NCBI GenBank assembly: GCA_902581285.1
Contig: CACHNP010000011.1
Location: 1-55,128, forward strand
Length of the DNA: 55,128 bases
Origin: an uncultured Gammaproteobacteria bacterium
GTDB taxonomy: Bacteria > Pseudomonadota > Gammaproteobacteria > Coxiellales > Coxiellaceae
Reading direction: 5' to 3'
Shown: one piece after another, positions 19,629 through 28,657 of the stretch
Numbering within the stretch: the first letter of the stretch is position 1
Layout of the letters: every line of letters begins with the position of its first letter
The notes under the pieces: model-generated
What the model was told of the DNA's origin: nothing
Database searches by the model: none
Seen by the model: only the letters and a program-made list of their open reading frames with translations
Program-made: the position numbers and the translations under genes

Positions 19629-19835
19629 CTAGCTCCTTTTTTCATTTGATATGATTTTTGTTTTTCCTACCCGCGCGAGCAAGGCGTTGATTAGTATGTT
19701 CATTTTTGGTTTTCTGTTGCTTTTCTTGTTCAGCTTCAGTTCTCTGTTCTTTCTTAAAATGGAGTCAACTTTTTTCACATCACAGCGTCTGATTGCTGAT
19801 CTTAAGTCTTCTTGTAACTGCCTTTTTTCTGCCAT
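19629..19835 (-). CDS. Hypothetical small, very basic 68-aa protein
   Basis: K/R-rich ORF directly upstream of the acidic 143-aa ORF. The assignment is weak. Confidence 0.3.
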   Translation of the reverse strand: MAEKRQLQEDLRSAIRRCDVKKVDSILRKNRELKLNKKSNRKPKMNILINALLARVGKTKIISNEKRS

Positions 19836-20172
19836 TTTATTTACCTCACCCCTCTAACATAACATTTATTGAGCAAACTCACAAATACTATTTAATTCAT
19901 ATTGTTATGAATTATACCTCAGCTAGATTAAGATAATATTAAAAGAAGTCTTTGTTCATTATGTAATCAATTCAGGGTTGTTTTTTTGTCTGTTTTATTC
20001 TTGACCTGAATTTTTTTTTACTCATAGCGGCTTGAAAATTAGATTGTTTTTTTTTTAGTCAAAAAAAAGCCATGTTTTTTATTTTTCTTGTACTAAAATT
20101 GAAAATAAGGGAGTGGGAAGGGGTGCAAACTGGATTGCAATGATTAAGCTGCTATTGCAGATGGAGGTAATC

Positions 20173-22494
20173 ATGTTTAGTACAAGTTTAGAGTCAACGT
20201 TAAATTCGGCGTTTAACGAAGCACGGATCAAGCGTCATGAGTTTATCACGGTTGAGCATTTGTTGCTGTCACTGCTTGATAACTCGGAGGCAAGTTTAGT
20301 TTTAACGTCCTGTGGCGCAAACATAGAGCGTTTACGCGCTGGTCTCGGCATTTTTATTGATGAAACGACACCGCAAATACCGCTTCATATGGATCGTGAA
20401 ATTCAACCAACACTCAGTTTCCAGCGTGTCTTGCAACGAGCTATTTATCAGGTGCAAACCACGGGTCGATCAGAGGTTTCTGGAACAAATGTTTTAACCG
20501 CAATATTTGGTGAGCAAGATAGCCAGGCCGTCTACTTCTTAAATCAGGAAAACGTGACGCGCATTGATGTAGTCAATTACATGACTCAAGGTGTTACTCG
20601 CTTTTCACAGCCAGACCTGCCAAGTAACACGTTTGATGATGTTCCAATGCAGGAAACGCCTAACTTTACACGTGAAAGTCAGACTACGGGTGAAGAAAAT
20701 TTAATTGAAACTTATGCACTTAATCTGAACGACCTTGCTCGTGCCGGTAAGCTGGATCCTGTTATTGGGAGAGCTAGTGAGCTTGAGCGAGGCATTCAAA
20801 TATTATCTCGCCGAAATAAAAATAATCCATTGTATGTTGGTGAAGCTGGTGTTGGTAAAACTGCTATTGCAGAGGGTTTGGCGCAAATGATAGTGGACAA
20901 GAAAGTCCCAAGATCATTGTCTTTTTGTACAGTGTACTCGCTAGATCTAGGAACCATGTTGGCAGGAACAAAGTACAGGGGAGACTTTGAAAAACGGTTT
21001 AAGGCTGTACTCAAGGCGCTCAGTAAATATTCTGGGGCGATAATTTTCATTGACGAAATTCATAATTTGGTTGGCGCGGGTTCCGCTACAGGTGGCACCA
21101 TGGATGCAGCTAACTTAATAAAGCCATTGCTATCGAATGGAGAGTTGCGCTGTATGGGGGCCACGACCTACGATGAGTATCGAAACTTTATTGCTAAAGA
21201 TCAGGCCTTATTAAGACGATTCCAAAAAGTGGATATTTCTGAGCCTGGTTATGAGCACACACTGAAAATTTTACAGGGATTGAAAAAGCGATTTGAGTCT
21301 TTTCACCAAATAACTTATACCGATGCCGCACTTGAAAGGACGGTCGAGTTAACCACGCGATATTTAAATGACCGCCATTTGCCAGACAAGGCAATTGATG
21401 TAATCGATGAAGTAGGGGCGCTCCAACAGTTATTGCCACCACAGAAACGACGACGTGTAATACGTCCTAGAGATATCGACAAGGTTCTATCAAAAATTGC
21501 TCGGATCCCACTCGATCAACTAACAACAAGCGATAAGCAAGTATTAAAAACCATGCCGGATAAGTTAAGGCAGTTGGTTTTTGGGCAGGACTCTGCAATT
21601 GACCATCTTTGTGATGCGATTAAGTTGTCTCGAGCTGGCTTGCGTAACGCAGAAAAACCGGTGGGGTCATTTTTGATGGCAGGTCCAACGGGTGTTGGTA
21701 AAACTGAGTTATCCAGACAATTGGCAAAACTGCTCGGAGTGGAGCTGTTGCGATTTGATATGTCTGAATACATGGAGCAGCACGCTGTATCCCGATTGAT
21801 TGGTGCTCCTCCCGGTTACGTGGGTTACGATCAAGGTGGTCTATTGACTGAGGCAGTAATAAAAAACCCACATGCTGTCTTGTTGCTAGATGAAATTGAA
21901 AAAGCACACTTTGATATGTACAACATTCTATTGCAAATAATGGATTACGGTATGTTGACAGATAACAATGGTCGAAAAGCTGATTTTCGGCATGTTATTA
22001 TTATAATGACGACAAATGCCGGTGCTGACATGATGGAAAAAAATTCGTTTGGTTTTGCTAGTCAGTCTAATCTGGATGAAAGTATCTCCGCAGTTAAACG
22101 TCGTTTTACACCAGAGTTTAGGAACCGTCTAGATGCAATTCTTCAATTTAATTACTTGGAGGCACAGACTGTGTCTAAAATTGTGGAGAAGAATTTACGT
22201 GAATTGACAGCTCAACTGAAACCCCATTCTTTACGCGTGACGCTGACTCGGGCTGCAAAGCAGTGGCTGATAGAAAATGGATATGATCGTAAAATGGGTG
22301 CTCGCCCCATGGAGAGATTGTTTAATGAACAAATAAGACGGCCGTTATCTGATGAGATCCTGTTTGGTCAAGGAAGTAAAGAAGCGAGGTTAGTTCAGGT
22401 GGGAGTACAGGACGGTAAAATTACGATTAAGGTAAAGCCTGATACGAAAAAAAACTTATTGACTGATGATATTAAAACCCTAGTTGATAAGTAA
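20173..22494 (+). CDS. clpA: ATP-dependent Clp protease ATP-binding subunit ClpA. The start is set at the internal ATG preceded by GGAGG, not at the ORF-track start 20113.
   Basis: Two AAA+ modules with Walker A motifs GEAGVGKTA and GPTGVGKTE. The N-terminus MFSTSLESTLNSAFNEARIKRHEFITVEHLLL resembles the E. coli ClpA N-terminus. SD GGAGG at 20163-20167. Confidence 0.93.
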   Translation: MFSTSLESTLNSAFNEARIKRHEFITVEHLLLSLLDNSEASLVLTSCGANIERLRAGLGIFIDETTPQIPLHMDREIQPTLSFQRVLQRAIYQVQTTGRSEVSGTNVLTAIFGEQDSQAVYFLNQENVTRIDVVNYMTQGVTRFSQPDLPSNTFDDVPMQETPNFTRESQTTGEENLIETYALNLNDLARAGKLDPVIGRASELERGIQILSRRNKNNPLYVGEAGVGKTAIAEGLAQMIVDKKVPRSLSFCTVYSLDLGTMLAGTKYRGDFEKRFKAVLKALSKYSGAIIFIDEIHNLVGAGSATGGTMDAANLIKPLLSNGELRCMGATTYDEYRNFIAKDQALLRRFQKVDISEPGYEHTLKILQGLKKRFESFHQITYTDAALERTVELTTRYLNDRHLPDKAIDVIDEVGALQQLLPPQKRRRVIRPRDIDKVLSKIARIPLDQLTTSDKQVLKTMPDKLRQLVFGQDSAIDHLCDAIKLSRAGLRNAEKPVGSFLMAGPTGVGKTELSRQLAKLLGVELLRFDMSEYMEQHAVSRLIGAPPGYVGYDQGGLLTEAVIKNPHAVLLLDEIEKAHFDMYNILLQIMDYGMLTDNNGRKADFRHVIIIMTTNAGADMMEKNSFGFASQSNLDESISAVKRRFTPEFRNRLDAILQFNYLEAQTVSKIVEKNLRELTAQLKPHSLRVTLTRAAKQWLIENGYDRKMGARPMERLFNEQIRRPLSDEILFGQGSKEARLVQVGVQDGKITIKVKPDTKKNLLTDDIKTLVDK

Positions 22495-22515
22495 GGCTTG
22501 GGTAATTAAAAAAAA

Positions 22516-22537
22516 CGAAGAACAATACTGTTCTTCG
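22516..22537. terminator. Bidirectional rho-independent terminator between convergent clpA and infA
   Basis: 8-bp perfect stem CGAAGAAC/GTTCTTCG with a 6-nt loop. It is flanked by A8 (22507-22514) and a T-run (22538-22544). Confidence 0.65.
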
Positions 22538-22578
22538 TTTTTTTATGGTGATTTTGTGCGTGAATGTGAAGATCGAGT

Positions 22579-22800
22579 CTATTTTTTTTCTCTGAAGGTA
22601 ATACGCCCTTTTGATAGGTCGTATGGAGTGAGTTCAACTTTGACTGTGTCTCCCACTAAAATTCGAATGTAATTTTTTCTCATTTTACCTGAAATATGAG
22701 CAGTTACGGTGTGCCCATTTTCAAGTTCAACTCGAAAAACGGTGTTAGGTAAGCAGTCAGTGACTTTGCCTTCCATTTCTATTGATTCTTCTTTGGCCAT
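22579..22800 (-). CDS. infA: Translation initiation factor IF-1
   Basis: 72-aa protein starting [13 protein letters not shown] and ending [10 protein letters not shown], near-identical to bacterial IF-1. Confidence 0.95.
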   Translation of the reverse strand: MAKEESIEMEGKVTDCLPNTVFRVELENGHTVTAHISGKMRKNYIRILVGDTVKVELTPYDLSKGRITFREKK

Positions 22801-22866
22801 TGTGGCTCCTCTTGTTTTTATGTGGGTACAATATGCCCTAATTTAAACCATATTTCAAGCTGTTTG

Positions 22867-23820
<954 letters not shown>

Positions 23821-24128
23821 TTAATCAGAATGATGACAATCTTATCTCATTTGCACGGGTTTGTGTAGCCATTAAGGGTGGTAAATTCTGTCTGCTCTGT
23901 TAAAACCTGCCGTTGATTAGCAGGGTTCGATATTTTTGTAATTCACGAATTTGATAAAAGGTTGAGTTTTAGATAATCCTGGGTCAAATTACCTAAGGTA
24001 TTGACTATCATCTATTTTTAATATTTGCTAAAATAATAGCTTGGGTCATGGTTAAAAATGGCGTCCTGCGTAATCGCAGATTTTGGCACTATCATCTGGT
24101 TTAGTGCGGCGCATTTTCTTGTTTATTA

Positions 24129-26519
24129 ATGGGGTTTGAGGGCGTGAGTAAAGGAAGACAAAAATCGCAGAAGGCTTCTGCGTTGGTTTCAAGATTGAAT
24201 GAACTGGTGCCATTCAGGGAAATGGGGTTAATAGTGACCCTTGGTTTTTCACTGTTTCTGGCTTTATCATTGGTGACGTATCATTACACTGATCCGGGTT
24301 GGTTTTACACGTCAAGTAAGACCACGGTTCAAAATTCTGCTGGGGCTGTTGGAGCCATTCTCGCTGATGTGTTTCTATATGGTGTCGGCTACTTGGCTTT
24401 CTTGTTGCCTTTTTTGTTGGTCTATTCGATTGTCTTTGTGTATCGAAAACGTCATTCTGAATACATGCAGTCGCCTCTTGGTATGGCTCATTTGTCAATT
24501 AAAATAGTTGGGTTTTGGTTATCCTTTTCATCCTTAGCAGCGTTAATTAACATGGTGCTTCCTGCACCAACAGGTCATTTGCCAAGTTCTTATTCCGGTG
24601 GTGTTTTGGGTGCGTTGTTAGCTAGGGCTTTAGTTATTCATTTTAATGTTTTTGGTTCGATCTTGATATTACTATCATTTTTTTGCATTGGTGTGACTGT
24701 TTGTACGGGGAAATCGTGGGTTGAGATTGTTGATAGTGTTGGTTCTCGAGTGATGACTCTATGCCGATTTCGCGAATACGATATTGAGTTACCGCAATGG
24801 TGCCAAGCTTGTTGGCGCCAAGCTGCAAAGCTGTCGTGTGTGGGGCGATTTTTTAAATCGGTGTTTGAGCTGCCTCAATTGCTGTTGTCGCGCTTAAGTC
24901 AATTTCGTCAACGTGAGGTCGTTGATGATATTGTCGAGCCCAATGAACCTGTTTTTAAGTCGCCAGAATTAAGTCGAGTGGATGAAGTCGTTGAGGTGGT
25001 TCAGCAGAAACCGAAGAAGATTCGAACGCCAAGGTACTCGCGTTCAAAAGCCATACCTAAGTTGTCTCTGCTAGATTCTTATGAAAAAGAAACTTCAACA
25101 TCTGCTAGTAAATCAAAGGCGCGGTCTCAAGAAGTCGAACAATGTATCAGTGATTTCGGTATCAAAGTTAAAGTTGTTGCGGTGCATCCAGGCCCGGTGG
25201 TGACTCGATATGAATTGCAATTGGCGCCAGGAACAAAAGCATCGAAAATCACAGGTTTAGCAAAAGATCTGGCGCGATCGTTGTCTGTGGTCAGTGTTCG
25301 TGTGGTTGAAGTCATTCCAGGTAAATCGGTTGTTGGTATTGAGTTACCAAATGAAAAACGAGCGATGGTGTGTTTACAGGGTGTTCTTTCCTCGAGTTCC
25401 TATGAGCGTTCACGATCAGCCCTATCAATTGCACTAGGAAAAGATATTGCCGGCCACCCAGTGGTTGTTGATTTAGCTAAAATGCCACATTTGCTTGTTG
25501 CCGGTACCACTGGCTCTGGTAAATCAGTGGCGTTAAATGCCATGTTATTGAGCTTGTTGTATAAGTCGACGCCTGAGCAATTAAGACTAATATTGATAGA
25601 CCCTAAAATGCTAGAGCTATCTGTTTATGATGGTGTGCCGCACCTTCTAACTCCCGTGGTGACAGATATGAAAGATGCTGCTAGCGCGCTACGATGGTGT
25701 GTTGCGGAGATGGAGCGACGTTACCGTTTAATGGCATCACTTGGAGTTAGGAATGTAGCAGGCTACAACGAAAAGGTGAAGCAAGCGATTAAGCGTGGTG
25801 CCCCATTATTGGATCCGTTAGTTGGAGATGAAGACACCGAGTTGCAAACGCTGCCTCAAATTGTTGTGATTGCGGATGAGTTTGCCGACATGATGGTTGT
25901 TGTTGGTAAGAAAGTAGAAACGCTGATCGCGCGTTTAGCGCAGAAGGCACGTGCCGCTGGGGTGCATTTGATATTGGCAACCCAAAGACCCAGTGTTGAT
26001 GTGATCACGGGATTGATCAAAGCGAATATTCCAACGCGAATCGCTTTTCAGGTTTCATCGAAAGTGGACTCGCGAACGATTCTGGATCAACAGGGTGCAG
26101 AGCAGTTATTGGGGCACGGCGATATGCTTTATTTGCCACCGGGCTCTGGCGTTCCTGTGCGGGTTCACGGCGCCTTCGTGAGTGATGATGAAGTTCATCG
26201 CGTGGTTGATTATTTGCGTTCGCAGTCCAAACCAGAGTACCTAAGCGATATATTGGAAGAAACCATATCTGCAGATCCCAGTGGCTTTACCTCGGCTGCC
26301 ATGGGTGAGTCTGAAGGTGAGCAGGATGAATATTACGATGCAGCTGTTGCATTTATAGCCAAAGCGCGCCGAGTTTCGGTCTCAAGTGTACAACGTCGGT
26401 TCAAAATAGGGTATAATCGAGCAGCAAGGATAGTAGAAACCATGGAAACGGCTGGTGTGGTAACAAAGCCTGAGCGCAATGGCGTCAGAGAAGTTTTGGT
26501 TCCGCCACCACCTGAATAG
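24129..26519 (+). CDS. ftsK: DNA translocase FtsK
   Basis: N-terminal TM helices and a variable linker. C-terminal motor with Walker A GTTGSGKS and a winged-helix gamma domain ([17 protein letters not shown]). Confidence 0.9.
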   Translation: MGFEGVSKGRQKSQKASALVSRLNELVPFREMGLIVTLGFSLFLALSLVTYHYTDPGWFYTSSKTTVQNSAGAVGAILADVFLYGVGYLAFLLPFLLVYSIVFVYRKRHSEYMQSPLGMAHLSIKIVGFWLSFSSLAALINMVLPAPTGHLPSSYSGGVLGALLARALVIHFNVFGSILILLSFFCIGVTVCTGKSWVEIVDSVGSRVMTLCRFREYDIELPQWCQACWRQAAKLSCVGRFFKSVFELPQLLLSRLSQFRQREVVDDIVEPNEPVFKSPELSRVDEVVEVVQQKPKKIRTPRYSRSKAIPKLSLLDSYEKETSTSASKSKARSQEVEQCISDFGIKVKVVAVHPGPVVTRYELQLAPGTKASKITGLAKDLARSLSVVSVRVVEVIPGKSVVGIELPNEKRAMVCLQGVLSSSSYERSRSALSIALGKDIAGHPVVVDLAKMPHLLVAGTTGSGKSVALNAMLLSLLYKSTPEQLRLILIDPKMLELSVYDGVPHLLTPVVTDMKDAASALRWCVAEMERRYRLMASLGVRNVAGYNEKVKQAIKRGAPLLDPLVGDEDTELQTLPQIVVIADEFADMMVVVGKKVETLIARLAQKARAAGVHLILATQRPSVDVITGLIKANIPTRIAFQVSSKVDSRTILDQQGAEQLLGHGDMLYLPPGSGVPVRVHGAFVSDDEVHRVVDYLRSQSKPEYLSDILEETISADPSGFTSAAMGESEGEQDEYYDAAVAFIAKARRVSVSSVQRRFKIGYNRAARIVETMETAGVVTKPERNGVREVLVPPPPE

Positions 26520-26567
26520 TTCGCATTCGCTAGGTTATTTTTTTTAACTAATTATCAAGGTGTTATC

Positions 26568-27359
26568 ATGAGTTTCTGTCGATCGATCTGTTTATTATTG
26601 GGTTTTGTTGTGGTTATGTCGCATTCTCAAGCGGAAGCGGCTCGCGACTATCGGCCTTCTTCGTCAGTGAGTAAAGCAGTTTCATTGAAGAATGCGGATA
26701 ACTTGATAAAGAAAATGATGAGTATCAATACGTTATCGGCAACAATAACAACCACTCACCCAGCCAGTTTGAGTGATCAGGACGAAACAACCTCATCCGG
26801 TTGTTTAATGGTCTCGCGTGCAAATCACAATCAGCCGACTCAGTTTAAGTGGCTTACTGGCGAAAAGTCGTGTCAGATAACAAGCTACGCTAAGCTCGAC
26901 GACAGTGACGAGCTGGTGATTAGTTTCAATGGCAAGACTTATTGGCGTTACAATGTGGGGCTTGAAGTTGCCAAGGAAAATAAAATTAATTACGATAAGA
27001 TGTTGATGTTAAAATTGTTGGTTTCACCAGATCTGACCGCAAAAGAGTTAGTGAAAGACTTTCAAGTGACTGTTGTTTCTCAAGCCAAAGATAAGATTCG
27101 ATTTACACTGAAGCCGAGCGCATCATCGGCCAATGATGCACAGTTTGCTCAAGTCGATATCACCTTTGATTCAGGTGTACCTGATAAGTTCACATTTATT
27201 GATCTGGCGCAACACAAGTCTGATATCGTTCTAAAACCTGTGGTGGTAAATAAGCATCTAGCTTCAAATCTGTTTACATTCAACCCTAAAAACTTAGGTT
27301 CAGATGTTGATGTTGAACCCTTGCCCTCACAACCAGGTGCGGGCAATAATTCATTATGA
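26568..27359 (+). CDS. lolA: Outer-membrane lipoprotein carrier LolA-like periplasmic protein with a signal peptide and an extra N-terminal region of about 70 aa
   Basis: It occupies the E. coli lolA position between ftsK and rarA. Signal peptide is present. Motifs are only weakly LolA-like. Confidence 0.6.
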   Translation: MSFCRSICLLLGFVVVMSHSQAEAARDYRPSSSVSKAVSLKNADNLIKKMMSINTLSATITTTHPASLSDQDETTSSGCLMVSRANHNQPTQFKWLTGEKSCQITSYAKLDDSDELVISFNGKTYWRYNVGLEVAKENKINYDKMLMLKLLVSPDLTAKELVKDFQVTVVSQAKDKIRFTLKPSASSANDAQFAQVDITFDSGVPDKFTFIDLAQHKSDIVLKPVVVNKHLASNLFTFNPKNLGSDVDVEPLPSQPGAGNNSL

Positions 27360-28648
27360 ACAAAAACGCTGCTAAAATACCGTTAGCTGAACGCATGCGT
27401 CCAAAGTCTCTCAGTGAGGTGGTTGGTCATGCTCATTTGTTGGGTGAGGATGGTGTGTTGGCTCGCATGGTAGCTGCCGGGAAAATGCATTCAATGATCT
27501 TGTGGGGGCCGCCGGGAACTGGGAAAACCACCTTAGCAGACATTTTAAGTCGCTCTGTCAATGCCGAGATGATCAAGTTATCTGCGGTGATGGTTGGTGT
27601 CAGAGAGATTCGCGCGGTGATCAAGGCGGCTGAGTTGAATCAACAGGCCGGTCTGGCCACGGTATTATTTGTGGATGAGATTCATCGCTTTAATAAATCG
27701 CAACAAGACGCATTTTTGCCGCACATGGAATCAGGGCTAATTACCTTGATTGGCGCAACCACGGAAAACCCGTCGTTCGAGTTAAATAACGCCTTGTTAT
27801 CTCGAAGCAAGGTTTACGTTTTAGGCTCGCTTACTGAAGAGGATTTGCAAAGCTTAATTGAGCGAGCATTAATCGATTCTAAGCAGGGTTTAGGTCTTCA
27901 CGCTTTATCCGTTGATGCAGATGCGTTGAAACTGTTAGTCCGATGTGCTGATGGGGATGCGCGACTTTGCATGGGGTGGCTTGAAAGTGCAGCCGAATGC
28001 TTGGTGTTTTCTGACAATCCTACTAGTGTCATCACCGTTCCTGTAGTTGAGGGAGTGATAGGTGAAACTCGCCGCCGATTTGATAACGGTGGTGATGAGT
28101 TTTATCATCAAATCTCAGCCCTGCATAAATCCGTTCGAGGCTCGGATCCTGATGCCGCATTATATTGGTTAGCGCGTATGATGGATGGCGGTTGTGATGT
28201 GAAGTATTTGCTGAGACGAATCATTCGGATGGCATCAGAGGATATTGGTAATGCTGATCCGCGCGCCTTACAAATCGCTACTAACGCGGCTTCTGCTTAT
28301 GAGCGATTAGGTTCTCCCGAGGGTGACTTAAGTGTGGCGCAAGCGGTGGTGTACTTAGCGTGTGCTGCAAAGAGTAACGCCGTTTACACCGCTTGGAATG
28401 CGGCTCGAAGTGATGTGAAACGTGTCGGCAGTCAGCCGGTGCCTGATCATTTAAGAAATGCGCCAACCAAGTTGAATAAGCAGTTGGGTTACAGTGCCCA
28501 ATATCGGTACTCCCATGATGAGCCCAATGCGTTCTCAAAAGGGCAAACTTATTTTCCTGATAAAATGGTAAGGCGGGTGTACTATGAGCCAGTTGAGCGA
28601 GGTTTGGAGATAAAGATCAAGCAGAAACTCACATTGCTTCGAGAGTGA
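27356..28648 (+). CDS. rarA: Replication-associated recombination protein A (AAA+ ATPase)
   Basis: Walker [10 protein letters not shown], Walker [11 protein letters not shown], and the typical MgsA/RarA length of 430 aa. ATGA overlap with lolA. Confidence 0.9.
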   Translation: MNKNAAKIPLAERMRPKSLSEVVGHAHLLGEDGVLARMVAAGKMHSMILWGPPGTGKTTLADILSRSVNAEMIKLSAVMVGVREIRAVIKAAELNQQAGLATVLFVDEIHRFNKSQQDAFLPHMESGLITLIGATTENPSFELNNALLSRSKVYVLGSLTEEDLQSLIERALIDSKQGLGLHALSVDADALKLLVRCADGDARLCMGWLESAAECLVFSDNPTSVITVPVVEGVIGETRRRFDNGGDEFYHQISALHKSVRGSDPDAALYWLARMMDGGCDVKYLLRRIIRMASEDIGNADPRALQIATNAASAYERLGSPEGDLSVAQAVVYLACAAKSNAVYTAWNAARSDVKRVGSQPVPDHLRNAPTKLNKQLGYSAQYRYSHDEPNAFSKGQTYFPDKMVRRVYYEPVERGLEIKIKQKLTLLRE

Positions 28649-28657
28649 TACAACATG

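Noticed and set aside
20047-20068. T10-AGTC-A8 hairpin considered as a rho-independent terminator
   Set aside because: The stem is purely A/T and far too weak for an intrinsic terminator. No convergent gene ends here. It is kept only as a possible regulatory or structural element.
20113-20172. Upstream extension of clpA (MGRGANWIAMIKLLLQMEVI...)
   Set aside because: The internal ATG at 20173 has a GGAGG SD, and the resulting N-terminus matches the conserved ClpA N-domain start.
21194-21907. Several 80-95-aa minus-strand ORFs inside clpA, with similar ones inside ftsK, rarA, serS and the MCC gene
   Set aside because: They are antisense to strongly supported conserved CDSs and show no independent signals.
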